Assembly (NCBI GenBank): GCA_963758525.1
Contig: CAVWVQ010000001.1
Location: 288,001-352,000 of the forward strand
Length of the DNA stretch: 64,000 bases
Direction of reading: 5' to 3'
Source of the DNA: an uncultured Phycisphaerales bacterium
Lineage (GTDB): Bacteria > Planctomycetota > Phycisphaerae > Tepidisphaerales > Tepidisphaeraceae
This document shows positions 54,414 to 64,000 of this stretch, piece by piece (the stretch's first letter is position 1; each line of letters begins with the position of its first letter). The translations under genes were made by a program, and so were the position numbers. The notes under the pieces were generated by a model. That model worked only from the letters and a program-made list of their open reading frames with translations. It ran no database searches and was not told where the DNA came from.

Positions 54414-54480
54414 CGGCAAATCCTCGGCGCGTTGGTCCCGACGATCGTGCTGGATGCTGTACCAGATAGCCCGCGGCGGT

Positions 54481-55464
54481 TCAATGCAGCGACCGGCTGA
54501 TCAGCGGCGAGGTGCGATTCCCGTAGCACGGCCGTCTCGGCTGTGATTTGGGGCCACAGCCCAGACGGCCGCGCCACGTCACCGCGTCATTTGAAGCCTC
54601 GAAGTTGACCAGGCTATTTGTGCGCGAGCCCTCAGGCGCAAGCGCGCTGGAATGCGTGGCTGGAATATGCGCATGCGCGTTGATGTGATTGATGCAATAG
54701 CACGGCGTCCCGGCGCACTGGGGACAATAGCGAAACTCCATCTTCCGGTCGCTCCTCTCCGTGACACCGCATGCCGTGCAGCGATGGAACGGTTCGATGG
54801 CCAGTGCCGTGGATTGGGCCCTGACAAGCATGCGCCGGTGTCCTCCTCTAACACGTTGCAGCAGCTCCCTGTGAAAGAAGAGCAGGAAGTTCGCAATGGC
54901 TGCCACGATCAATGCCTTATCCAACCAGGTGCCGACGCAGAATTGGAGGATGTAGAGTATCCACGTCAGCAGTGCCAACCACTTCACCTTGATCGGGAGA
55001 ACGAAGAAGAGATAGATGACAAACTCTGGAAAGAGAAACGCGAACGCTAGAAAGATCGATTCCATCAGGTAGGCGTTGGTGGCCGGCAGCATCGGCAGCG
55101 CCAGCGACACCGCCACGCTTGCGACCCATCCGACGAGCAGGAAGAGATTGAAGCGGACGGTGCCCCAATGGTTTTCCAAGGCCATTCCCATCAGATACAA
55201 AAAGTACATGGAGAAAAAGAAGAAGATCGGGTTCGTGGTTGGCGGGATGACAACGAACGTGAACAGCCGCCAGACCTCGCCGTGACGAACGAGCGATCCC
55301 ACGAGCACGAGCCGCGACAGAAAATCCTCCGCCCCTTCCCCCTGCCGCGCCTGCGACGCCATCCAGAGGACGTACGCCAGGCTCTGCAGGAAAATGATAT
55401 AGATCGTGATTCGCGGGATCGCGTAGCGCCCCAGCAATCGTTCCAGTCGGGCCAGCAGTTTCAT
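54481..55464 (-). CDS. Rhomboid-like membrane protein with C-terminal Cys/His cluster
   Basis: GEVWRLFTF, LENHWG, LPIKVKWLA, HRCTACG..FRYCPQC. Confidence 0.75.
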   Translation of the reverse strand: MKLLARLERLLGRYAIPRITIYIIFLQSLAYVLWMASQARQGEGAEDFLSRLVLVGSLVRHGEVWRLFTFVVIPPTTNPIFFFFSMYFLYLMGMALENHWGTVRFNLFLLVGWVASVAVSLALPMLPATNAYLMESIFLAFAFLFPEFVIYLFFVLPIKVKWLALLTWILYILQFCVGTWLDKALIVAAIANFLLFFHRELLQRVRGGHRRMLVRAQSTALAIEPFHRCTACGVTERSDRKMEFRYCPQCAGTPCYCINHINAHAHIPATHSSALAPEGSRTNSLVNFEASNDAVTWRGRLGCGPKSQPRRPCYGNRTSPLISRSLH

Positions 55465-55498
55465 GTGGATGGCTTTGTATCAAGTTCATGGATCGTCT

Positions 55499-55810
55499 TC
55501 ATATCTCATCTTCCAAAACGTTCTCAATATCCCGCGCACCATGCAGTACGGTAAGAATCTCAATTCCGCCGTCGAACGGCCGGTAGAAAATGAGGTGATT
55601 GCGAAACCCCTTCACGGACCACACCCGGATCCTAGCGAGCCTGGCATTCGCTGACGCGTAGAGGCGACCCATCCCCGGCATTCTCTCAAGCTGTTTGAAA
55701 GTTTCTTCCGTCGAGATCAAGAAGCGTTCGGCCGCCGAGGCACTGTCGACCGCGATGTACTCGGCGAGTTGAATAATCGCCTCGACAGCCCTTGGTTGCC
55801 GTCGGATCAT
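55499..55810 (-). CDS. parE: ParE/RelE-family toxin
   Basis: YIA.DS..AA.RF, PGMGR, LIFYR, VLHGARDI; ATGA overlap. Confidence 0.85.
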   Translation of the reverse strand: MIRRQPRAVEAIIQLAEYIAVDSASAAERFLISTEETFKQLERMPGMGRLYASANARLARIRVWSVKGFRNHLIFYRPFDGGIEILTVLHGARDIENVLEDEI

Positions 55811-56079
55811 TCGCCCTTCGCCTTGGCGGCGAGCCGCTCGCGAACCGTCTGCCTGATTTGGTCCCAATCGCGCGAGGTCATCTCCACCGCGTCACCGCTA
55901 TCGAGCGCTTCGATGAGCTTGCAATCGAGTTGTTCGCGTGCTCTGCGTTTTTGCTCTTCACGTACGAGCGAACGAAAAAATTCGCTCACGGTCCCAAACC
56001 CGTCTGTCTCCACGCGGTCTTCCACCCATCGACGCATGGTGTCGGGTAATGAAATGTTCATGCTGCTCTGGCTTGCCAT
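55807..56079 (-). CDS. parD: ParD-family antitoxin
   Basis: MNISLP...WVE.RV...GF.TVSE..R.LVRE. Confidence 0.85.
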   Translation of the reverse strand: MASQSSMNISLPDTMRRWVEDRVETDGFGTVSEFFRSLVREEQKRRAREQLDCKLIEALDSGDAVEMTSRDWDQIRQTVRERLAAKAKGE

Positions 56080-56166
56080 CCCCTGATAATAGTCGGAATG
56101 GCAGAATATGGCAAATCTCGCCATCAATCGGCGCCATAACCGCGGTTTCTCGCGTTCAGGCTGGTT

Positions 56167-56832
56167 TCATCTCGTCACTCCCATTACAAGCCCGTCGTAT
56201 CCTTTCGTGCCGACGCTCTGTATCAACGTGGCGGAGAAGCGAGGCTCTTTGCTCATCGCTTCGACGCATCGACGCACACCGATAACGTCTTCGTCCGCGC
56301 TCTTCGCGTCAACAACCGCCCCCTTGCGAACGACGTTGTCGACGATGATCAGGCTCCCCGGCCGGGAGAGCTTCATGGCCCAGGCGAAATAGTCGGCATT
56401 GGAGGGCTTGTCGGCATCAATGAAAAACAGATCGAACGGACCGGCGCCCGAGCTCGAAAGTTTGGGGAGCGTCTCCAGCGCCGGCCCGAGGATCACCTCG
56501 ACCTTGTCCGACAGGCCGGCCCGCGCGAGATTGGAGCGGGCGACGCCGGCATGCTTTTCATCTACCTCGAGCGTCAAAAGCTTTCCATCCGGCGGCAGCG
56601 CCCTCCCAAGCCAGATGGTGCTGAAGCCGCCCAGCGTGCCAATCTCCAGGATCTTCTTCGCGCCCATGGCCCGCGCCAGCAGGTGCAGCAGTTTGCCCTG
56701 TACAGCGGAGACTGCAATCGGGGGAAGCTTTGCGTCAACGCTTGCCTTGACCGCCGCGTCGAGTGCCGGGTCATTCGGCAACAACATCTGCTCGAAATAC
56801 CGATCCACCGACGTCCAAGTGTCCTGGCTCAT
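56167..56832 (-). CDS. O-methyltransferase
   Basis: ILEIGTLGGFS, FDLFFIDADK, VDNVVR. Confidence 0.92.
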   Translation of the reverse strand: MSQDTWTSVDRYFEQMLLPNDPALDAAVKASVDAKLPPIAVSAVQGKLLHLLARAMGAKKILEIGTLGGFSTIWLGRALPPDGKLLTLEVDEKHAGVARSNLARAGLSDKVEVILGPALETLPKLSSSGAGPFDLFFIDADKPSNADYFAWAMKLSRPGSLIIVDNVVRKGAVVDAKSADEDVIGVRRCVEAMSKEPRFSATLIQSVGTKGYDGLVMGVTR

Positions 56833-56907
56833 GGTTCCTGCTCCCAGTCTGAAAACAGATCTCGAGACGGCGCGCTGCCGGCCAGCTAAGATTATGCCAG
56901 ATGAAAG

Positions 56908-57258
56908 GGACGGAGGGGAAGAGAGGGACGAAGGGACAGAGGGGAGAGGCACGAAGGCACGAAGGCACGGAGGCACGGAGGCACGGAGGGGAGGACGCTT
57001 CGCGGCAGAGTTAGAGCAGGGCTCTGCCGACTCTGCTGCTGGTTGGCGGGTTACGCGGGTCCCTGTTCTTGCGACTACCGCGCTCGCGACTCAGCATTAT
57101 TATCTGCCGTCGCGAAGCGTCCTCCCCTTCGTGCCTCCGTGCCTCCGTGCCTCCGTGCCTTCGTGCCTTCGTGCCTTCGTGCCTCCGTGCCTCCGTGCCT
57201 CTCCCCTTCGTCCCTTTGTCCCTTTGTCCCTTTGTCCCTTCCCGTCCCTTCCTCCCCC
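56908..57258. repeat. Long imperfect hairpin built from octamer arrays
   Basis: GGCACGRA and GGGACAAA arrays plus unique arm GGGGAGGACGCTTCGCG mirrored at ~57110-57127. Confidence 0.8.
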
Positions 57259-57329
57259 TATCATTCATTGACACCACCGCCCCTCCGGCGCTAAATTGCG
57301 GTGCGAGGCTCTCTCTGAGACAATGCTCG

Positions 57330-57411
57330 GCAGGAGTGGCGGAATTGGCAGACGCGCAGGACTTAGGATCCTGTACCGAAAGGTGTAGGGGTTCGACCCC
57401 CCTCTCCTGCA
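57330..57411 (+). tRNA. tRNA-Leu(TAG)
   Basis: Cloverleaf; CAGGA-CTTAGGA-TCCTG; long variable arm. Confidence 0.95.
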
Positions 57412-57449
57412 TCGAAATCCACCCCGAAGGCGGAAAGGATCGGAACATC

Positions 57450-58600
57450 ATGCTCAACCCACAACCCTCCCGCTTCCGTTCTTCCCTCATCACGGCCCTG
57501 CTGGCCGTCATCACACTGCCGGTCGCCGCGGCTTCGGCGGACACGGTCTGGCATAAATCCGCGGGCGCGAAGAAGGCGCTGATGTATCAAAACGTGAAAG
57601 TTGAAAAAGTCGACGGCGACGATCTGGTCTTCGTCTCCGCAAGCGGCAACGAAACGCGCAAGAAGCTGGCGGAAGTGTCGCGCATTGCGATGGACGATGA
57701 GCCGGCGCTGACGGCGGCGGAGGAAGCGTACGACGGCGGGAACTTCGCCGGAGCGATCGATGGGTATCGCAAAGCCGCAACCGCCAGCGCCCGCGCGTGG
57801 GTGCGGCAGCGAGCGGCGCTGCGGCTGATCGACGCGGGCAACAAGGCGCCCGATTTCGGCGCGGCGGTGGCGGGTTTCGCGGCACTGGCGACGATCGATG
57901 CGGACTCGGCCCAGAAGCAGAAGCCGGTGATTCCACCAGATGCGACCAAATCCGCGCTCACCGCCGCGATCCGCGACGTGCAGAACGCCGAGCAAACCAC
58001 CGGCATCAAAACCGCGCAGATGCGCGTGCTGCTGAATTTTCAGGTCGAGCTGATGAGCGCGGCGCACGATACCGATGGAGCCAGCGCTGCATTGAAACAA
58101 CTGGCAAGGCTGGGCGGCGCCGCCGCTCCGGTTGACGCGACCCCCGGCGCTGCGCCCGCGGACAATGCCGCAATGGCGCGGTCGCGCGCCGAGGAAAAGA
58201 TCAATGAAGCGCGCGTGGCGCTGCGCAGAAGGACTACAAGCACGCCAACGAAGTGCTGATCGCCGCCGGTGATGGGATCGTGGCGCCGGATCAGCAGGAC
58301 GAGGCGATGTTCATGCTGGCCCAGGCCAAGGAGGGGCTCGCCAGTGATGATCCCAAGGCGCTGATGGACGCGGCCATCGCATATATGCGGGTGGTCGCGA
58401 ATTTCGGAAAAACCCCCGACGCTCCGCATATCGCCGAGTCACTGATGAAAACCGCGGCAATTGAAGAGAAGCTTTCCAAGCCCGAGGAAGCGCTGCGGAT
58501 CTACAACGATGTGGCAAGCAATTACAAGGACGCCCCCGCCGCCCAGGACGCTGCCGGCAGCGCCGCCCGCATTTCCGCGGCGATCAAGGCCAAAGGCTGA
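57450..58600 (+). CDS. Exported TPR protein; frameshift near 58223
   Basis: Signal peptide; TPR-like helices, AYMRVVANF, EEALRIY. Confidence 0.7.
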
Positions 58601-58606
58601 TTCTGC

Positions 58607-60619
58607 ATGACAAAATTCATTCGTAAGTACCAGAAGCAGATGCTCGCAGTTTTTGGAGTGGTGCTGATGGTGATCTTCATCATCCCGCCGAGCATGAAAA
58701 GCGGTCGCGAGTTCGTTCGCCGTCCGATCGGACACGTCGGAAGCGAAGCGGTTTACAACGACGACAAGATCCAGGCCCACAACGACTGGCAAGTGCTCAG
58801 TCACGTGCTTGCCCAAATCCCGTTTCTGCCGAGCCGATACAGCTATGATTTGTCGCTCGAGCCGCAACCTGCGCCCTACATCTTCAAGCTCGGATTCGAG
58901 CTGACAACCGCGATTGACAAGAATCCCGACATCTACCTTCTGTTGCAGCAGGAAGCGAAACAGCGCGGCATCGAAGTGTCGGCTGACGAGGTCGGCACCG
59001 TGGTCGCCAATGACCTCTACACGTCAGACTTCCAGAAAGTGTCGCCCGATACGATCGGCAGCCAGGACGCGTATGACAGGCTCACCGCCGCGGTTTCGCG
59101 CTTCTTGCCGGTGCTCACGCTTGTGCGCCAAGTTGAAGCCGATGTGAAGATCACCAAGCCGATGTGGGAGCAGACGCTGGCCAGATCGCAGTTGGTGCGT
59201 CTGGCGATCGTCGAGATGCCGGCTGATCGATTTACGGCCACCGTCGGCATTCCCACGCCCGAGCAGATTCAGGCGCAGTACGACAAATATCGCGACGTCG
59301 TGGCGCAGCCACAGGCCGCGGAAAGCGACGGCATGAACTTCGGCTACAAAGTTCCCGAGCGCGTACGCATCCAATATCTGAAGATTCCGCGCCAGTCGGT
59401 GCTCAACGCCGTCCGCGCCTCGCGATCGGCGTATGACTGGGAAGTCGACGCCCGCGTCTACTATTACGCGCATCAGTCCGAGTTCGTCGGCCTTCCCCCC
59501 GCCACGCAACCAACCACCAAACCCACAACCGGCCCATCGACGGCCACTGCCAGCGCAACCAGCGCGCCCGCCACCGCCCCGGCGACCGCAATGGCTGCAA
59601 CCGCTCCGGCGACTCCCACGACGCGTCCGTTTACTGAAGTGCAGGAACGCGTGATGACCGCCATCCTCGCAGCGCCGGCCGACGAACTGGCGCAGAAGAT
59701 TCAGCTCGCCCTCACCGCCCGGCTCAACGCCGACTTTGCCGCGTTCACTTCCGCGCCGGCGACACAGCCCGCCACCGCACCGACCACTGCGCCAACGAGC
59801 GGCTTTGCATCCAAGGCATATCTTGAGGGCGTCGCGTTGGACATCCAAAAGCAATTCGGCGTGTTTCCCGAAGTGACGCAAACCGGCGACTGGCTTGACG
59901 CCGCTGCCCTCGCCAAGCTCCCCGGCATCGGCTCGGCGTCTTCGGGAACCAGTGAGTTTGCCAGCATCGCAATCCCCGCCACGCAGCCCGCGTCCGGCGG
60001 ATCTTCCGCCGCGCCGCTCGCGCTGCTCCAGCCCTCGGAGCCGTTGAAGGATCCGAATTCAAACATTTACATCTTCCGAATCGAGCAGCGCGAACCAGAG
60101 CACACCCCGCCGCTGAAGGAAATCATCACCACCGTGGCGGCCGACGTTCAAGCCGCGCACCAATATCAAGCCGCCCTCGACGCCGCCAAGGCATTGCTCG
60201 AAGCGTCCCGCAAACACGGGCTTTCCGCCGCTGCCGGCCTGCAGAATCTTCCGGTCATCACAACGTCCACGCCCTTCGCGCCCGGCTCTGCGATCCCCGG
60301 CTACACCGCTTCGCCGGCAGCATCCCGCGCCGTTGGCGCAAAGGCGGGTGAACTGCTCCGCGAGGCGACGGCCGAGAATCCGCATCCACTGGCCATTGTG
60401 GAATTGCCAGCCGACAAAAAAGTGGTGCTGGTGCAACTGATTGACATCGCCGCCCGGATCAAGCCCGACGACATGTATTTCATCCAACTGGTCCGCACCC
60501 GCCAGGAGGACGCCGCCCAGCGGGAAAACATCGCCCGGCAATATTTCAGCTACGACGCGATCAAGAGCCGGATCGACTACGTCCCCGTTAATTCTGACTT
60601 GGGCAAATCGGGTTCGTGA
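58607..60619 (+). CDS. Membrane-anchored periplasmic protein (PpiD/SurA-like candidate)
   Basis: FIRKYQK plus TM; PERVRIQY, PF.EV motifs; ATQP linkers. Confidence 0.6.
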   Translation: MTKFIRKYQKQMLAVFGVVLMVIFIIPPSMKSGREFVRRPIGHVGSEAVYNDDKIQAHNDWQVLSHVLAQIPFLPSRYSYDLSLEPQPAPYIFKLGFELTTAIDKNPDIYLLLQQEAKQRGIEVSADEVGTVVANDLYTSDFQKVSPDTIGSQDAYDRLTAAVSRFLPVLTLVRQVEADVKITKPMWEQTLARSQLVRLAIVEMPADRFTATVGIPTPEQIQAQYDKYRDVVAQPQAAESDGMNFGYKVPERVRIQYLKIPRQSVLNAVRASRSAYDWEVDARVYYYAHQSEFVGLPPATQPTTKPTTGPSTATASATSAPATAPATAMAATAPATPTTRPFTEVQERVMTAILAAPADELAQKIQLALTARLNADFAAFTSAPATQPATAPTTAPTSGFASKAYLEGVALDIQKQFGVFPEVTQTGDWLDAAALAKLPGIGSASSGTSEFASIAIPATQPASGGSSAAPLALLQPSEPLKDPNSNIYIFRIEQREPEHTPPLKEIITTVAADVQAAHQYQAALDAAKALLEASRKHGLSAAAGLQNLPVITTSTPFAPGSAIPGYTASPAASRAVGAKAGELLREATAENPHPLAIVELPADKKVVLVQLIDIAARIKPDDMYFIQLVRTRQEDAAQRENIARQYFSYDAIKSRIDYVPVNSDLGKSGS

Positions 60620-60637
60620 TCGAGGGCCGTGATTCTC

Positions 60638-60698
60638 GTAGGGCGGGATTGATCCCGCCGCGGTTGACGGTTGCTCGGCGGGATCAATCCCGCCCTAC
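60638..60698. repeat. REP doublet (GTAGGGCGGGATTGATCCCGCC)
   Basis: Canonical GTAG plus palindrome, inverted pair. Confidence 0.85.
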
Positions 60699-60830
60699 TT
60701 TGCCAAGCTCGACGGCGCCAGTGCGGGGCCGAGCAGCTTGTCGCCGGACTCGACTGAACGTGACCGAAAGCGCCAGAACGCCAGCGTACTTGACTGATCG
60801 CCACGAGGTTATATCCTTCCCTCTCCGTTC

Positions 60831-60903
<73 letters not shown>

Positions 60904-60978
60904 TGCGTTTGCCCCGATCCCGACGATTGCAATTTGCAGTTTTGACCGAACCAGACGGCCGCTGCTGCGCTTGAAATC

Positions 60979-61815
60979 ATGTCACCTCTGCGAAGCGGAC
61001 CTGAAATCCCCCTGCCAGCGGACCAGAAGGACATTGGCCGATTCCTCAAGGATGTGCTGCGCCACCCCGCTTATCAGGAGGTTGATAAACGGCTAAAGGG
61101 GCTTGCCGCGAGTTGCCCCAATGGAGAGGCTCAGTACTGGAGCGTTTTCCGGCATAAATCCGACGGAAAATGGAGCGCCGAACGGAGGGCCCTTCACGAA
61201 GCGCTGGTTGCCACCGCCCTCGCCGGCAAGCGGAGAGTGCCGAAGGGAGTCAAGCCCCTCGCGGTCCTTTTGATCGGCACGCCCGGCTCCGGGAAGACGA
61301 GCGAGGGCATGAAACACGTACCTAACTCCAAGGAGGATTTCGTCGTCATTAATGCCGATGATGTGAAGGAGAGTCTACCCGAATATCGCGGCTGGAATGC
61401 AGGCGCTTTGCACGAAGAATCGAGTTACGTCGCGGAGAAGCTCATTTTTTCCGCGGCGGTTGACAATCGTCACCACATCATTTTTGACCTCACCGGGGCC
61501 AATGGGATAAAAATGCTGGGCATGGTGGATGACCTCGATGGGTTGGGATACGAAATTCACGTGATTCTCGTGAAGATTCCCGCTTGGATGGCCGCCGGGC
61601 GAGTCTGGGATCGGTTCTGCAAAGTGCCATTCGACAAAAAATCTCCCAGTTCGATGTCCGGGCGATTCGTTCCCCCGGAATATGCGTATAATATCGTAGA
61701 TGACAGGCCCGCAAACACATACAGCCTGCTGAAGCAACACGAAGCTGTTAAAAGCTGGACCTCAATATCCACGGAAAAGAAACCGGCTCAGGTTTTGGAA
61801 CAGGATACCCGGTGA
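60979..61815 (+). CDS. Zeta-toxin-like P-loop kinase
   Basis: GTPGSGKT, INADDVKESLPEY, HEESS, GRFVP. Confidence 0.8.
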   Translation: MSPLRSGPEIPLPADQKDIGRFLKDVLRHPAYQEVDKRLKGLAASCPNGEAQYWSVFRHKSDGKWSAERRALHEALVATALAGKRRVPKGVKPLAVLLIGTPGSGKTSEGMKHVPNSKEDFVVINADDVKESLPEYRGWNAGALHEESSYVAEKLIFSAAVDNRHHIIFDLTGANGIKMLGMVDDLDGLGYEIHVILVKIPAWMAAGRVWDRFCKVPFDKKSPSSMSGRFVPPEYAYNIVDDRPANTYSLLKQHEAVKSWTSISTEKKPAQVLEQDTR

Positions 61816-61818
61816 CGT

Positions 61819-61989
61819 ATGGCGAAAACGTATTTATCCAAGCTCTACGAGAAAATGGAAGAGTCTCGGATGGACCGCCTGAGCGAGACTTCCAAGCGAA
61901 TTTTGGCCAAGCCTAGAAAAAAACAGGTCAAGACGACCAGGCTCCGGCACATGGTTGCGTCGGCGGCTCGCGCCCCCGCAACACCATAA
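61819..61989 (+). CDS. 56-aa basic protein, candidate partner/antitoxin
   Basis: ATG 3 nt after the zeta stop; MAKTYLSKLYEKMEESR... Confidence 0.5.
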   Translation: MAKTYLSKLYEKMEESRMDRLSETSKRILAKPRKKQVKTTRLRHMVASAARAPATP

Positions 61990-62131
61990 GAGAACTCTTC
62001 GAGTCGAATGATCGAATGCCGAAAAAAAGCGAGGATTCTTGGGTTTTTCGGCGAGCGCAGGCAGCGGTTCTTAATCAGCGGGTTCCAGGTTCAAGTCCTG
62101 GATGGCGCATTCTTCCACGCTAAGATTCGGT

Positions 62132-62395
62132 ATGGCAGTCGATCCTCATCCATTCCTGCAGATCGAAGGGCAGTGGGAAGAGCTCGTCAGGAATTCCCAC
62201 GAATTCGCCGGCCGGCGCGTCCGGGTGACGGTGCTCTCCGATGACCGCGATGTGAATGTCGGTTTTATCGCCGAACGGCAGCGCTGGATCGCCGAAGGAA
62301 ACGCATTGATCACAACGCCACCGGCCGCCAAAAAGTCCACCCCATTTGGCGACGCCCTAGTCGACAAATTCCGACGGCAAGGATTGGAACTCTGA
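62132..62395 (+). CDS. Small hypothetical (antitoxin-like) protein
   Basis: IEGQWEEL....EFAGRRVRVTVL; precedes a PIN remnant. Confidence 0.6.
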   Translation: MAVDPHPFLQIEGQWEELVRNSHEFAGRRVRVTVLSDDRDVNVGFIAERQRWIAEGNALITTPPAAKKSTPFGDALVDKFRRQGLEL

Positions 62396-62475
62396 TGCTG
62401 GGCCGCTGGTGTCATTGTGCGACCGGAATCAAAGCACCCACCCTCGCTGCCAGCTTGTGCTTGACGCCGCCACGG
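62394..62475 (+). pseudogene. PIN/VapC toxin N-terminal remnant
   Basis: DAGPLVSLCDRNQSTHPRC; no start codon, then degenerates. Confidence 0.5.
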
Positions 62476-62694
62476 CACCCGGCGTTCGACTATCGGGGGC
62501 TCCGATGCCTCAGTCCCCATGGTGCGTGCAGATATCATTTCCCACCCTCAAGGCTGTGACCGCCCTCACGCCCCCAGCACTTGCTCCGGGGTCCTCTTTC
62601 CGGTCCCCCGACCTGCTCCCTCAAGCCGTGTCGTATCCGCCGTATGCGGTGCAAACAATAACTCCGATCCATTGAGAATAGCACTATTCACACC

Positions 62695-62723
62695 TTGACG
62701 ATATTCGTTATAACGACTATTGT
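62695..62723 (+). promoter_or_regulatory. Sigma70 promoter with palindromic operator (62701-62720)
   Basis: TTGACG-N17-TATTGT; ATATTCGTTATAACGACTAT dyad; GTG 6 nt after -10. Confidence 0.75.
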
Positions 62724-62729
62724 CCGTGC

Positions 62730-63223
62730 GTGGCGAAGTTGAAGGACGAGATAGGAAAGGTTCAGCCGTTCGAGTTGATCGAACAGGAGGCTATGCTGAG
62801 CCTGTTGCGCACGGCTGATGCGCTCTCGCGTCCTTTTGAAGAGCTTTCCAAAGGGACCGGCCTCTCGGGGACGCAGTACAACGTGCTGCGCATTCTCGCG
62901 GCGCCGGGGAGGACGGTCTTCCCTGCGGCCAGATCATCGAGCGCATGATCACTCGCGATCCTGACATGACGCGCATGCTCGATCGGCTGGAGAAGCGCCA
63001 CCTGATCGCCAGGTCACGCGATGCCGACGACCGGCGCGTGGTGCGGGCGAGCATCAGCAGGAAAGGGCTCTCGCTTCTGGCCGAGCTGGACGAGCCGGTG
63101 CTGGAAATGCATCGGCGACAACTCGGGCACATGGGAAAAAGCCGGCTGCGGCAACTGATCAAGCTGCTGGAAGAAGCCCGCGGCGACTCGAATGCTCCAC
63201 CGAGTACATGTGATGGTCATTAA
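62730..63223 (+). CDS. MarR-family regulator; frameshift near 62897
   Basis: QYNVLRIL(RGAG), PDMTRMLDRLEKR.LI.R.R...DRR. Confidence 0.88.
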
Positions 63224-63288
63224 ATGATTTATCGAGCCGGGACGTTCGTCCTGGCACTATTTTTTCTCATGTTTCAAGGAAGGAATGT

Positions 63289-63876
63289 ATGAATTTTCAA
63301 AGACGCCCAATCGTGTTGTCTGCGATCGTTATCGGTTTGCTCGCCGTCGGTCAGGCGCGGGCGGCGGATACGTTTAAGATCGACCCCGTCCACTCGACCG
63401 CGATCTTCCGCATCAGCCATCTCGGATCGAGTTTTGTCTATGGCCGCTTCGATGACGTCGGTGGCACGTTTACGGTGGACGAGCAAAAGGCCGACGACGT
63501 GCACTTTGACGTCAGCATCAAGGCGGACAGCGTCGACACGAACAACGCTGCGCGGGACAAGCATCTGAAGAGCGCCGATTTCTTCTCCGTCAATGAATTC
63601 CCGACGCTCACGTTCAAGAGCACCGCGGTGAAAAGCGATGGCGACAAGAAGTATGACGTTACCGGCGATCTCACGATTCACGGCGTCACCAAGAGCGTAA
63701 ACGCGAAAGTCGATTTCGTCGGCACCGCCGATGCGACGAAAATGAAAATGGGATTCCGGGCCGGGTACGAAGCACACCTGACGATCAAGCGATCCGACTT
63801 CGGCATGGACAAGATGGTTCCCATGATCGGAGATGAAGTGCAGCTCACCGTGAGCCTGGAAGGCGTGAAGGAGTAG
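63289..63876 (+). CDS. YceI-family protein
   Basis: FKIDPVHS, GRF, RDKHLKSADFF, GDLTIHGVTK, IKRSDFG. Confidence 0.93.
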   Translation: MNFQRRPIVLSAIVIGLLAVGQARAADTFKIDPVHSTAIFRISHLGSSFVYGRFDDVGGTFTVDEQKADDVHFDVSIKADSVDTNNAARDKHLKSADFFSVNEFPTLTFKSTAVKSDGDKKYDVTGDLTIHGVTKSVNAKVDFVGTADATKMKMGFRAGYEAHLTIKRSDFGMDKMVPMIGDEVQLTVSLEGVKE

Positions 63877-63881
63877 TGGAG

Positions 63882-64000
63882 GAGGGTTCAGGGTGTCAGG
63901 GTTCAGGGTTCAGGGAAGAATGGATCTCCTGAACCCTGGCACGATAAACCTGAACCTAGCGGAAGAGAGTTGAGGGTGTCAGGGTGTAGGGGTTCAGGGT
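63882..64000. repeat. Heptamer repeats (CAGGGTT) with inverted partner
   Basis: cagggtt runs and cctgaacc; same unit near 52190. Confidence 0.7.

Noticed and set aside
62069..62110. Second tRNA-Lys gene
   Set aside because: Only the 3' half is present; it is an att duplication.

Overview
High-GC bacterial window, most likely Planctomycetota/Phycisphaerae-like (DUF1549/DUF1553, DUF1501, DUF4159, PEP-CTERM and Zn-ribbon membrane proteins). Both flanks (about 1-20 kb and 34-64 kb) are mostly housekeeping DNA: mscS-like, ribF, trxA, an M16 peptidase pair, panB, HtrA proteases, an ECF sigma/anti-sigma, scpA, prfB with its programmed +1 frameshift, rnfC/rnfD-like, coaX, mnmE-like, rseP, dxr, parDE, marR-yceI and four tRNAs. 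About a dozen genes are split by apparent 1-2 bp deletions, probably long-read errors. A ~14 kb accessory island (about 20.1-34.0 kb) is bounded by permuted inverted non-coding modules. It holds an ISAzo13 remnant, IS5 and IS630 elements stacked on one CTAG site, and a truncated group II intron. The best candidate for a new system is an array of three near-identical HUH/Y1 (RAYT-like) tyrosine transposase genes. Each is bracketed by a ~22-28 bp terminal inverted repeat, and between them lie start-less toxin-like C-terminal fragments, putative immunity genes and an RHS/YD fragment cut at those repeats. A 1.2 kb integrase-less islet with a zeta-toxin-like gene sits in tRNA-Lys. All calls come from reading the sequence by eye; no database searches were run.
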